A stretch of DNA of 64,000 bases from a virus (lineage: Duplodnaviria > Caudoviricetes): the IMG/VR virus record IMGVR_UViG_3300031853_000003, positions 32,001 through 96,000 of that record; one strand, given 5' to 3'. Under the pieces are notes generated by a model that searched no databases, was not told the DNA's origin, and saw nothing but the letters and a program-made list of their open reading frames with translations. The position numbers and the translations under genes are program-made. This document shows positions 40,229 through 49,570 of the stretch, in pieces. Each line of letters starts with the position of its first letter. Position 1 is the stretch's first letter.

Positions 40229-41296
40229 ATGAAGATACAATCTAGTGTGATCTCTGATCTCACAAAACTGCTTAAAACTGTAGCTGATTTCATATTCAAG
40301 GGAGTCGATATGCTCACTACAATGGGATATGAAACCATAGACGCGAAAGAACACAAGGACGGTTCCTATGAAATCAAGCACAAGTCCGAGGATGGGACAA
40401 TCGTCATTGAAAAGGGCAAGCCTATTAAGTGGGACGACAATGGTAAAGCAACTGTATACAACATCGTGCTTATCAATAAATCAAACAATAAATCAGCAAA
40501 GCTGAACAACATCTCTCAAGATGTCTTCAAGGACAAAGCTAAGTTCGAGAAGATGTTCGGTAATGCGCTGAATGAGATAGGAGCTGGACAATTCATCATG
40601 AATTCAAAGAAACTGCAAGTTACACTGAAGAAGGTAACATCTGGTACTGAAGCAACCATTGAGCTTACAGCTATCAATGCAAACTATGCGCCAGATGCTG
40701 CGTTAAGTGATCTTGACGCTATACTCTCTGACGACGAGTTCGCTGCTCAAATCACTGAGGAACCGGTGTCGTATGAGATTACAGACGAAGGTGAGTCTTT
40801 TGACATTGAGTCCATTGCATCTGTAGACACTGCATCGGCAGCGATCTCTGTATACAAGACTGCATTTGCTTTAGAGCAGAATCTTCGTTATGTCTATTTC
40901 GTATGTTCGGGTTCAGAGGTGGAGAATGTCCGTCACAGCATTGATCGAGTTCGCTGGATGGTTTCATCTATGGTAGATACTACTGCAGGATGGATCATCG
41001 AGAAAGACGGTACTATTCCGTATCCGCTGGAGTGTATGCAAGAAGGTGGCAGCGTAATCGACTGCTCACTCCCGAATGATGCACAAGCTATCCTGCGTCA
41101 GATTCAATCGGCTGTGTGGAATATGATTGCAATTCTCGATCTCAATCTTGTCAACTTCGACACCGACATGCAGGGCATGATCAACTGCTGGCTGAGAGAC
41201 TGCAAAGACCTTGCAGACCATGTTATCAAGCAGTATCTTGACGGCGGTACTCTTCCGAAAGATGAGATTGTAGCCGTTCCTACACTTATGCCCTAA
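40229..41296 (+). CDS. hypothetical protein with C-terminal degenerate Dps/ferritin-like domain
   Basis: NLRYVYFVCSG..V...H..ID......VD..A.WI.EKDG spacing resembles Dps HWNVxG...D.IAER. Confidence 0.45.
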   Translation: MKIQSSVISDLTKLLKTVADFIFKGVDMLTTMGYETIDAKEHKDGSYEIKHKSEDGTIVIEKGKPIKWDDNGKATVYNIVLINKSNNKSAKLNNISQDVFKDKAKFEKMFGNALNEIGAGQFIMNSKKLQVTLKKVTSGTEATIELTAINANYAPDAALSDLDAILSDDEFAAQITEEPVSYEITDEGESFDIESIASVDTASAAISVYKTAFALEQNLRYVYFVCSGSEVENVRHSIDRVRWMVSSMVDTTAGWIIEKDGTIPYPLECMQEGGSVIDCSLPNDAQAILRQIQSAVWNMIAILDLNLVNFDTDMQGMINCWLRDCKDLADHVIKQYLDGGTLPKDEIVAVPTLMP

Positions 41297-41350
41297 TCAA
41301 ATCGTTAAAGTACACATAATCGACAATACTGCGCACGGAGGCAATAGATT

Positions 41351-41803
41351 ATGTGTACATTACACCATGAAAATTCTGCAGAGCTCAAAGGTTCACAGAG
41401 AATCCGAGAATACATTCTAGGTGGCAACGGAATTGTAACTCTTTTATCACCTAGTCATAAGTGGAGAACATATAGGTTCGAGCTTCCTAGGGTGAAGGGT
41501 AAATTTCCGAACGGTACACTCTTTGTATATGTGAAGATGAAACATGATCGCTGGGCATATGTTGGTATGTTAAGTGATAGTCGTCAATCTTTTCGCAGTA
41601 CTAGAGGTTCAAGATTCTCTTGGACATCTCCGGAGTACAAAGGTGCGCTGTACCTCACTCATATGATGTACAAGGATTTTGAAACTCCTATGAAGGTGTT
41701 CCATGAAGGCGTATGCGGAGTTTGCGGTAGACCGCTTACTCGTCCTAAGTCCATAGAATCAGGTATCGGTCCTATCTGCAGAAAGAAGTTACTTAGCGTA
41801 TAA
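41351..41803 (+). CDS. DUF6011-type zinc-finger protein
   Basis: CGVCGRPLTRPKSIESGIGPIC; TCGTTA at 41302. Confidence 0.7.
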   Translation: MCTLHHENSAELKGSQRIREYILGGNGIVTLLSPSHKWRTYRFELPRVKGKFPNGTLFVYVKMKHDRWAYVGMLSDSRQSFRSTRGSRFSWTSPEYKGALYLTHMMYKDFETPMKVFHEGVCGVCGRPLTRPKSIESGIGPICRKKLLSV

Positions 41804-42192
41804 TGTCATTACACATCAAAGAATTCCAACATATTGCTAAATCATTTGACTCTATTTACGGTGCTACAATGTATGTAGCAAAGACCGCTAGACGATATGC
41901 AGAGAAAACAAATAATCGAGTTCTACATTCCGAAGCAATTGATTGGGTACTGACTGGAGAAACTCCTGAGATACTTAACCAATCTCACAGACGTGCAATA
42001 TCATACATCGATGATCTTCTTTCAGAAGTATCTGATAGTTTGGTATGCAGGTCTGTGAGATGCTCTGTGTACGAAAGTATACAAACCAAGCACCTTATAT
42101 ATAGATACATTGATGTAGATGATGAACCACGGCGTGCCCGTGTTCGTGTACTGACCAATATGATATGGTACAGAGCATCAAATGATTTCTAA
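41803..42192 (+). CDS. RNA polymerase omega-subunit-like protein
   Basis: DSIYGATMYVAKTARRY...SEAIDWVLTG resembles RpoZ S.Y.LV..AKRARQ...AL.EI..G. Confidence 0.45.
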   Translation: MSLHIKEFQHIAKSFDSIYGATMYVAKTARRYAEKTNNRVLHSEAIDWVLTGETPEILNQSHRRAISYIDDLLSEVSDSLVCRSVRCSVYESIQTKHLIYRYIDVDDEPRRARVRVLTNMIWYRASNDF

Positions 42193-42212
42193 CAGTAAGG
42201 AGAGATGATACC

Positions 42213-42743
42213 ATGGCTACTGAAAAGAAAACAGAAGAAATGGTTGATATTGAAACTGCTGATCTTGATACGGTCGCAGAAGAAGTGACAACTACTGATA
42301 CAATCGAAGAGCCTGAAACCAATGTTGTAGAGGATACTGCTGAAGAGCCTGCTGAGGAGACTACCGAAGAGTCAGTTGAAGCACCTGCAGAGGAAACAGC
42401 CGACAAGCCTGCGGAGAAGACCGAGGAAGAGCCTGTTGCAGAGACCGCTGAAACCGCTGAGGGAGAGCCCGCTGCGGAGACTGCTGAAGAGGTTCCTGAA
42501 GCAGAACCAGTTGTAGACGAATTTACTACTGTACCGCCTACAAACGTAGATGTACCGGATATGGTGCAGCGTAACAACGTGCCTGTATACCAGACACCTG
42601 CATCCGCTGCTCCGTTTACATATGTATCGGGTACATTCAAGGTACTGGGACCTGTTATCAACGGTCGTGTTCGAGTAGCATTCAACATTGGCGGAATTGG
42701 TCGCACTAATGGTTTCGCTGAGACAAAGTACTTCAATTTCTAA
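42213..42743 (+). CDS. acidic E/T/A/P-repeat protein with small C-terminal (SH3-like) domain
   Basis: EEPAEET repeats; ACCTTATATA at 42092. Confidence 0.55.
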   Translation: MATEKKTEEMVDIETADLDTVAEEVTTTDTIEEPETNVVEDTAEEPAEETTEESVEAPAEETADKPAEKTEEEPVAETAETAEGEPAAETAEEVPEAEPVVDEFTTVPPTNVDVPDMVQRNNVPVYQTPASAAPFTYVSGTFKVLGPVINGRVRVAFNIGGIGRTNGFAETKYFNF

Positions 42744-42782
42744 TACAGCTGCTCAGTAGAGGAACCAAGGAGTGTTGGGCAA

Positions 42783-43082
42783 ATGGTTGAGAATATATTA
42801 CTAGTTGGTTCAATCTGTACCGCCGTCTTAGCATTTATAGGTGTGGTCGCTAAGCTCATTCATATGATCATCAAGCTAACGAAGATGGTCAAAGATGTTC
42901 TAGAAAAGACAGATAAGAACTATATGAACAATCTGAAACTTGTTATAATGTCTGATGAAATGCCTATTGAAGAAAGATTACGTGCCGGTGAGGAATATGT
43001 TTCACATGACGGCAATGGGCAAGTCAAGGCATACTATCACAAGTTGAAGTTGGAATATGAGAAAAATGTGAAGATTTCGTAA
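42783..43082 (+). CDS. holin-associated membrane protein
   Basis: N-terminal TM; Y...GNG.V motif; adjacent to the lysis genes. Confidence 0.55.
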   Translation: MVENILLVGSICTAVLAFIGVVAKLIHMIIKLTKMVKDVLEKTDKNYMNNLKLVIMSDEMPIEERLRAGEEYVSHDGNGQVKAYYHKLKLEYEKNVKIS

Positions 43083-43182
43083 GTTAGCGTTGTTGTTGTA
43101 AAAAGTTCACTTATTACCTTATATATGGGTGATAGGTGATCTTTTTATTTATGTGGAAGATCGCCAAATATTATAATATGAG

Positions 43183-43389
43183 GTGAATAATATGAAGGAA
43201 TGGATCAAGGCTGCTGGTATTCGTGCACTCAAGACTGTTGCACAGACTGCTATCGCTACTATCGGCACTACTGCTCTCATCACTGAAGTCAACTGGGGCG
43301 TTGTCGCTGCCGCTGCTGCTCTTGCAGGTGTACTCAGTTTGCTCACCAGTCTCGCAGGTCTGCCGGAGTTGGAAGATAAGAAGAAGTAA
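43183..43389 (+). CDS. holin (phage r1t family)
   Basis: WIKAAGIRALKTVAQTAIA...VNW...SLLTSLAGLPE. Confidence 0.85.
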   Translation: MNNMKEWIKAAGIRALKTVAQTAIATIGTTALITEVNWGVVAAAAALAGVLSLLTSLAGLPELEDKKK

Positions 43390-43431
43390 TCTAACTTCCT
43401 AATCTTCTAATAACAGCGGAGGTGTTATATC

Positions 43432-45192
43432 ATGAGTCTAGCAAACAAGAAGGGCGTTGACATCTCGTATGCAAACGGCAACATAGATCTTGCAAAGGTC
43501 AAAGCTGCTGGATATGAATTCGTCATGATACGTTGTGGCTACGGTGACAACTTAGCGTATCAGGATGACGACTACTTCGAGACCAACGTCGCAAAGGCTG
43601 AGAATCTCGGTATTCCGTGGGGTACATATCTGTTCTCGTATGCTTGTTCATCTGATCAAGCAAGGAACGAAGTTGCTCACGTGAAGAGACTTCTTGAAAC
43701 TGTAGCTAAGAAAGGCTACAAACCAACTATGCCAGTTGCATTAGACATTGAACCTACTTCATATGTCAAGAACAACGGCGGTTGGAACGCCTCAAACATC
43801 AACAATGTAACCACCATCTGGTTGGAGGAAATCGCTAAACTCGGTTACTACCCGATGATCTACACAGGTTATTCCGAGTTAGACAATTTCATGTCCAAGC
43901 ACGTCAGAGAAGATTTTGACTGCTGGTTTGCACAGTGGCACACTTCACCTGCTGATTACAAGTATAACAGACTTGGAATTTGGCAGTACGGCGGAGAGTA
44001 TAACGTCATCGACGGAAACTCTATCGCAGGTGTAGGTGTCATCGACAAGAATAAGTCCTATAAGGATTATCCGACGATCATAAAGAACGGCGGTTACAAC
44101 GGCTGGAAGAAATCTACTCCGACACCTACTCCGACACCTACACCTTCGTCAGGCATCACAGAAGCTCAACTTCGTCAGAAGGTCGCAAATGTTATGCTTG
44201 AATGGAAGAAGCTCAGTGACGCTGAGAAGACATCTACTGCACATGCAGAGATCATTAAGATCTACAATGCTCAGAAGCCACTACCTGTCGATTATGCGAT
44301 GAAGGATTCTGACGCATGGTGTGCTGCTACTGTATCAGCTGCCTGGCTGAAAGTCGGTATCGCTGAATATATCACAACCGAGTGCGGATGTGGTCGTTTC
44401 AGAGATAACGCCAAGAAGCTTGGTATCTGGATAGAGAATGATGCTTACAAGCCGAAGGTCGGCGACGCTATCATTTACTACTGGGGAGACGACGGTGTAG
44501 GTGACTGCGACTACGGTGCAGACCACATAGGTATCGTCACTGCTGTAAATGGTAACACGTTCACCGTTACAGAAGGTAACATGGGCAACGGCATTGTCGG
44601 CAACCGTTCAGTTCAAGTCAATGGACGTTTCATCAGAGGCTTCATTGCTCCTGACTACGCAGCAATTGCGAAGAAAGTCAACGGAAAGGTTACTCCTGAT
44701 CCTACTCCGTCTCCGACACCAACACCTTCCGTCGCTAAGCCTTCTATCACTATCCGAGGTGTTGCAAGCGGAAAATGGCTAGGCTACATCACAGATGGTG
44801 AAGACTATTCTGGTATCCTTGGAAACATGCTTGTTGCACTTGCAGCGAAAGTTACTAAGGGTAGCATCGAATATAGTGTCCACATCAGAGGCGGAAGTTG
44901 GCTTGGTAAGGTCACAGGCTTCGACGCAAATGACTATTACAACGGATATGCCGGTAACGGTAATCCGGCTACCAAGGGCAGCGCAATCGACTGCATCAAG
45001 ATGTACTACGATACACCTTCTGATGTTGTCAGTGCGTATGGTTACTACAAGGTAGCATATCAGGTACACGTACTTGGAGGCGGCTGGCTTGATTGGCAGT
45101 ACGATACCGAGACGACCGGCGGTCAGGACGGATACGCAGGATACTACGGTTGCATTATCGATGGTGTTCGTGCGAAGCTTGTCAAGGCCTAA
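43432..45192 (+). CDS. endolysin: GH25 muramidase + CHAP + ChW-like cell-wall-binding repeats
   Basis: GVDISY, LDIE, WQY; PT linkers; AWCAATVS..DHIGIV..EGN; Y.VH..GG.WL..GYAG x2. Confidence 0.85.
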   Translation: MSLANKKGVDISYANGNIDLAKVKAAGYEFVMIRCGYGDNLAYQDDDYFETNVAKAENLGIPWGTYLFSYACSSDQARNEVAHVKRLLETVAKKGYKPTMPVALDIEPTSYVKNNGGWNASNINNVTTIWLEEIAKLGYYPMIYTGYSELDNFMSKHVREDFDCWFAQWHTSPADYKYNRLGIWQYGGEYNVIDGNSIAGVGVIDKNKSYKDYPTIIKNGGYNGWKKSTPTPTPTPTPSSGITEAQLRQKVANVMLEWKKLSDAEKTSTAHAEIIKIYNAQKPLPVDYAMKDSDAWCAATVSAAWLKVGIAEYITTECGCGRFRDNAKKLGIWIENDAYKPKVGDAIIYYWGDDGVGDCDYGADHIGIVTAVNGNTFTVTEGNMGNGIVGNRSVQVNGRFIRGFIAPDYAAIAKKVNGKVTPDPTPSPTPTPSVAKPSITIRGVASGKWLGYITDGEDYSGILGNMLVALAAKVTKGSIEYSVHIRGGSWLGKVTGFDANDYYNGYAGNGNPATKGSAIDCIKMYYDTPSDVVSAYGYYKVAYQVHVLGGGWLDWQYDTETTGGQDGYAGYYGCIIDGVRAKLVKA

Positions 45193-45234
45193 TTCAATAC
45201 CTGTAACAGGTTCTTAGAATCTGCTGCATATAGG

Positions 45235-45265
45235 AGCGCTGTTCCAATAGGGGCAGCGCTTTATT
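45235..45265 (+). terminator. intrinsic terminator after the lysis genes
   Basis: AGCGCTGTTCC-aata-GGGGCAGCGCT followed by TTTATT. Confidence 0.65.
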
Positions 45266-45309
45266 ATGTAAAATCGTTAAATACTACATAATAAACTATC
45301 ACTAAGGAG

Positions 45310-45753
45310 TTGTATTTTATTATGTTGTATGAAGTAATCAATCAAGATGGTAAGGTCATGGCAGGTACTACATATAAATCCTGTATCTATCCAATGGATC
45401 TGATGATACGTATGAACGACAATGGATGGAGATTCCGCATAGACGGCAAGCTTGTTCCTAAAACCAATTTCAAATCTTCTATGGAGCAGGCCATTGCTAA
45501 TGCTGTATGCGAACATGGTACAGAGTACAATCCTGATGGAGATGAGCCTTCCGAGAAGAAGTCTACTCCTGCTGTTCATCCTGTGCAGCGTACAAGACGC
45601 GGAGGAAAGGTTCGTTGCCTCGACAACGGCAAGATCTACAATTCACAATCTGAAGCTGCAAAAGCTCTCAAGATTGACCCTGCACAGGTCAGCGATAGCA
45701 TCAAGACCGGCAGACCTCGTAGCGGATATACATTCGAGAGGGTGGAAGAATGA
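45310..45753 (+). CDS. NUMOD1-type HTH DNA-binding protein
   Basis: VRCLDNGKIYNSQSEAAKALKI...GYTFE. Confidence 0.65.
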   Translation: MYFIMLYEVINQDGKVMAGTTYKSCIYPMDLMIRMNDNGWRFRIDGKLVPKTNFKSSMEQAIANAVCEHGTEYNPDGDEPSEKKSTPAVHPVQRTRRGGKVRCLDNGKIYNSQSEAAKALKIDPAQVSDSIKTGRPRSGYTFERVEE

Positions 45754-45950
45754 GAAAGAGGTGGAAGATCAAGGGTGAAGTATTCTGCCCGTACTACATC
45801 GACATCTGGTACACCAATACTGTAGTTATCTACATCAGAGCGTTTACACAGTCTGGTGCAGAACGTAAAGGTCTTAGAAAGCTTCGTCGTAGATATAAGA
45901 CCGATGAGGTGAAAGTCATTCGAGTACGCCAAATGAAATCAGAACGGTGA
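45750..45950 (+). CDS. small basic hypothetical protein
   Basis: Coupled start. Confidence 0.5.
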   Translation: MRKRWKIKGEVFCPYYIDIWYTNTVVIYIRAFTQSGAERKGLRKLRRRYKTDEVKVIRVRQMKSER

Positions 45951-45954
45951 TTAT

Positions 45955-47784
45955 ATGATAACAATTCGACAAAACAAGGATATGGACGTCTACGAGATCA
46001 TATTCAAGTATGATCCACTAGCGATTTCACTTGTTAAAAATGTACCAGGTAGACGTTGGGACAACCAGCATAAATTCTGGACAGTCCCTACAAACATGTT
46101 AGGCTGGTTGATAGGCGAACTCAAAAACAGTCCATACTCTAATCAATACTACATTCAATCTGAAGAAGACATCAATGTGAATTCAACAGTAGATGATACT
46201 ACAGTTATCCCTAACGTAGACCTCACAGGTATCCCTTACTATGTAAAGAAAGGCGAGAAGCCGTTTGCACATCAGCTTGACTTCATGAGGTTCGCTATTG
46301 ATAGAGATAGACGAGGTCTGCACAGTGGATTCATTGTAGGAGACGATCAAGGTCTTGCCAAAACCAATGAGTCTATGAACTGGGCCATCTATCAAAGACG
46401 CACTAAGGGCTACAAACATTGTCTTGTTATCTGCTGTATAAACAATTCAAAATATAACTGGGTCAAGGACATCCAAGAACACACAGATGGCAAAGAAGTA
46501 CCATACATCCTCGGTAGCCGACTGAAACGTGATAAGGTAACTGTTGTTTGTAGAAACAGCGCAGAGAAATTTGAGGACTTGACCTGCGGTAAGATGTATG
46601 GCAAAAAAGGTGATACTGATTTACCTTACTTTCTTGTATTGAATATCGAGGCGCTGCGGGCGAAAACTGGCAAGAGGTATTACATTACCGATGAGTTGAT
46701 AAAATGGGTCAATGACGGCGAGATCGGCATGATCATTATAGATGAGGTACATAAGAATGTATCACCATCGTCGTCACAAGGAAAGCAGCTCATTCGGCTC
46801 AAAACAGCTACAGGTAAAGCGTGTGAATGGTTACCGATGTCAGGTACGCCCATCACTAAAAGGCCTACAGATGTATATCTTCCACTCAAACTTGTCGACG
46901 GTCACAATTTCAATAGTTTCTACATGTGGCAACAGCAGTTCTGTCTGTTTGGCGGATTTGGAGATCACGATGTTGTAGGATACAAAAACATCCCGAGATT
47001 GAAGTCTATGCTGCAAGGCAACATGATTCGTCGACTAAAATCTAAAGTACTGGATCTACCTCCTAAGATAAGATATACTCGTTATGTAGATAACACCAAC
47101 TATCAGAATAGACTCTATGCAAAAGTTGTTGCAAATATGCGTGCAAACAAAGAATCAATCCTTGCTAAGTCCAATCCCTTGGTAGAGTTTCTCCAGTTAC
47201 GACAAGTAAATGGCTCACCTGAACTCATTGATGACACACTTGCAGTGGATAAGAATTATCTCAAGTACAACGCTAAACTGCAGGAGTTACTTCTCATATT
47301 AGAAGAAGTACATGAACGTAGAGAAAAAATTGTGGTGCTCTCTAACTGGGTTGAGCCGTTGAGAACCTTATATAAATTCGTATCTCAGAAATACAAAACA
47401 TGTTGTTTCACAGGTACTATGAAGGAAGAAGTGAGGCAGAAGCATAAAGAAGTGTTTCTCACCAATCCCGAATACACAGTGCTGTTAGGTACTACTCCTG
47501 CGCTAGGTACAACACATACGTTGACCAGCGCGGTTAACTTATGTTTCTACGACGAACCCTGGAACCCGAATGATAAGGAACAGGGCGAAGATAGAATATA
47601 CAGAATTGGTACAAAGCAATCTGTAAACATATATACTATACTGTCACGAAACACAGTTGATGATAAGGTACATGATATCCTCTATACCAAAGACCTTATT
47701 GCAAAGTACATTGTGGACAACAAACTTGATATTCGGAAGAACCCGGAGGTATTCGATATGCTTCTAGGTGATACACTATTATAG
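45955..47784 (+). CDS. SNF2-family helicase/ATPase with N-terminal HARP-like domain
   Basis: GDDQGLAKT, DEVH, SGTP, PWNP..EQGEDRIYRIG; N-terminal FKYDP..VKNVPGRRWD. Confidence 0.85.
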   Translation: MITIRQNKDMDVYEIIFKYDPLAISLVKNVPGRRWDNQHKFWTVPTNMLGWLIGELKNSPYSNQYYIQSEEDINVNSTVDDTTVIPNVDLTGIPYYVKKGEKPFAHQLDFMRFAIDRDRRGLHSGFIVGDDQGLAKTNESMNWAIYQRRTKGYKHCLVICCINNSKYNWVKDIQEHTDGKEVPYILGSRLKRDKVTVVCRNSAEKFEDLTCGKMYGKKGDTDLPYFLVLNIEALRAKTGKRYYITDELIKWVNDGEIGMIIIDEVHKNVSPSSSQGKQLIRLKTATGKACEWLPMSGTPITKRPTDVYLPLKLVDGHNFNSFYMWQQQFCLFGGFGDHDVVGYKNIPRLKSMLQGNMIRRLKSKVLDLPPKIRYTRYVDNTNYQNRLYAKVVANMRANKESILAKSNPLVEFLQLRQVNGSPELIDDTLAVDKNYLKYNAKLQELLLILEEVHERREKIVVLSNWVEPLRTLYKFVSQKYKTCCFTGTMKEEVRQKHKEVFLTNPEYTVLLGTTPALGTTHTLTSAVNLCFYDEPWNPNDKEQGEDRIYRIGTKQSVNIYTILSRNTVDDKVHDILYTKDLIAKYIVDNKLDIRKNPEVFDMLLGDTLL

Positions 47785-47791
47785 GAGGAAT

Positions 47792-48031
47792 ATGATGAAG
47801 CGTGTACGCACATATGTTAGATCTGCTGCTGATGACAGTGGTAAGACCAAACTTGATATCCTCATGGATTCACTCAAAGATGATTTCGACTATGTGATGT
47901 CGGGTCTTGATAAGCTTGCAAGAGACGGCGGTGAGTCCGAGAATTCTGGTACTACTATTGCTCAGGATCTTTCCGATACACTTCAAGGCGTTATTCAGAG
48001 AATCGCCGGAATCCAAGGAGGTAACCAGTAA
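47792..48031 (+). CDS. small protein with basic leader (putative internal head protein)
   Basis: MMKRVRTYVRSAADD; AGGAGG SD. Confidence 0.55.
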   Translation: MMKRVRTYVRSAADDSGKTKLDILMDSLKDDFDYVMSGLDKLARDGGESENSGTTIAQDLSDTLQGVIQRIAGIQGGNQ

Positions 48032-48837
48032 TGAGAATCACATCTGCCTCTAAACGTCCTATTCAGGACATTCGTGACGATATCGCTCGTCGCAAGAGAG
48101 AATACAACGAAGCAAGAGACCGCGTGCAAAAGGCTGATGAAGAGTCCAGCAGGGCTTTCCGCAGAGCTACACAGGAAGTCATTCAGCCTGTTATCGACGA
48201 GTTGAACGCAGCTTTTGAACAGTGGGAGACCATTCATCCTGAGATCACTGCCGATATCGGCTGGGGTGATGGATATGAGATCAGTATCCGTTGCGACCGT
48301 GGAAAGAATGCAAACAATGCTCTCCAGTGGACATATGACGTCAAGCTCAACGACGACGGTTCTGTTCGTGCAAAGACTTCATCTTGGTCAGGTCTTGACG
48401 GTACTACTGAGGCGCAGCTTCATTCTCTAGAGCAAGTTATCGCAGCTCTCAGATATCTCAATTCTCTTGATTGGGCAACTCTTCTTAACAAGCAAGTTCC
48501 TGATTACAATGATTTCCGTCACAACCTCACCAAACCTCCATTCGAGGACTTTGACCAAGAGCTAGCAGACGCAGAGCTTGCCGACTGCATCGGTGAAAAC
48601 AAACTCATTCGCGTCAAGCCTTGGGGAGAAACTTGTCCATATAGAAATGAGCTGTATATCCGCATCATCCGAGAAACTCCTTCACAGTATGTCATCAATA
48701 TCGTACCGACATATGCAGCACTCAGCAATAACAGGTCTGATATCGACAAGTATCTCGGAGACGATAAATACGACACATACAGGGTAAGAAAGACTTCTAT
48801 CAAGCCTGTGTTCCCTGTAGACACTATTGACCTATAA
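48031..48837 (+). CDS. hypothetical protein with MRITSAS leader
   Basis: Leader motif; coupled start. Confidence 0.55.
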   Translation: MRITSASKRPIQDIRDDIARRKREYNEARDRVQKADEESSRAFRRATQEVIQPVIDELNAAFEQWETIHPEITADIGWGDGYEISIRCDRGKNANNALQWTYDVKLNDDGSVRAKTSSWSGLDGTTEAQLHSLEQVIAALRYLNSLDWATLLNKQVPDYNDFRHNLTKPPFEDFDQELADAELADCIGENKLIRVKPWGETCPYRNELYIRIIRETPSQYVINIVPTYAALSNNRSDIDKYLGDDKYDTYRVRKTSIKPVFPVDTIDL

Positions 48838-48850
48838 AAGGTGATACATA

Positions 48851-49570
48851 ATGAGAGTTCGTAAGAATATGAAGAAAGGCTCGCCAGAGGAGTTCATGCA
48901 AGCTGTTAACAACAAGATTCAAGATCTCGGCGGATCCGCTGGCTCAGTTGAGTCTGCTACTGCTGTAACCGCAGGTGTTTCGCTTTCGAGAGGCCTGCAA
49001 GCCGTATGGGATAAGATCAACAGAGGTGTTGGCAGCAGAGCCGGTGCTCAGCTTGCTATCATTGTAAATGCTGGTGACGGTTCTACAATGGCTGTTATCT
49101 CAGAAGATGAGAACAACGGCGAAGAATTCTACATCAACTACTGCCCAGCACAAGCTGACAGCGTTGTTGAAACTGAAGACGACGCTGCTAACGAGATCAT
49201 TTCACTCTGGGCAGACGACGTAGAATCCAGCGATAACATAGAAGAATGCGATGACACATTTGAGCCGATTGAGGCTGCGGACGAGCCCGAAATCACAGAT
49301 GAGATCGTCAACTACGCAACCGATGTAGGCCAACGTGTTGTAGAGATGCTCAAAGACGCTGGTATGAATGCTGATGTCACAGTCGTAGATAACTCATATC
49401 TTCAGATCACAATCGAGGATGAGCCCGGCTTAGGTGACGCCAACAGCTATGAACACATCTTAGACCTTGATGCGTTCGTTCCCGAAGAAGATCCTGAAGA
49501 CGATGCTGAGACGGTCTATGACAACATCTTATCTGAGATTCATGAGATGATTGAGGGTGACAGCGAATGA
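48851..49570 (+). CDS. acidic putative internal head protein
   Basis: Basic N-terminus; internal VESA/VTAG/VESS/IEAA motifs. Confidence 0.55.
   Translation: MRVRKNMKKGSPEEFMQAVNNKIQDLGGSAGSVESATAVTAGVSLSRGLQAVWDKINRGVGSRAGAQLAIIVNAGDGSTMAVISEDENNGEEFYINYCPAQADSVVETEDDAANEIISLWADDVESSDNIEECDDTFEPIEAADEPEITDEIVNYATDVGQRVVEMLKDAGMNADVTVVDNSYLQITIEDEPGLGDANSYEHILDLDAFVPEEDPEDDAETVYDNILSEIHEMIEGDSE

Noticed and set aside
42300-42510. Repetitive GAAGAGCCTG-like DNA
   Set aside because: Explained by the low-complexity EEPAEET protein linker.
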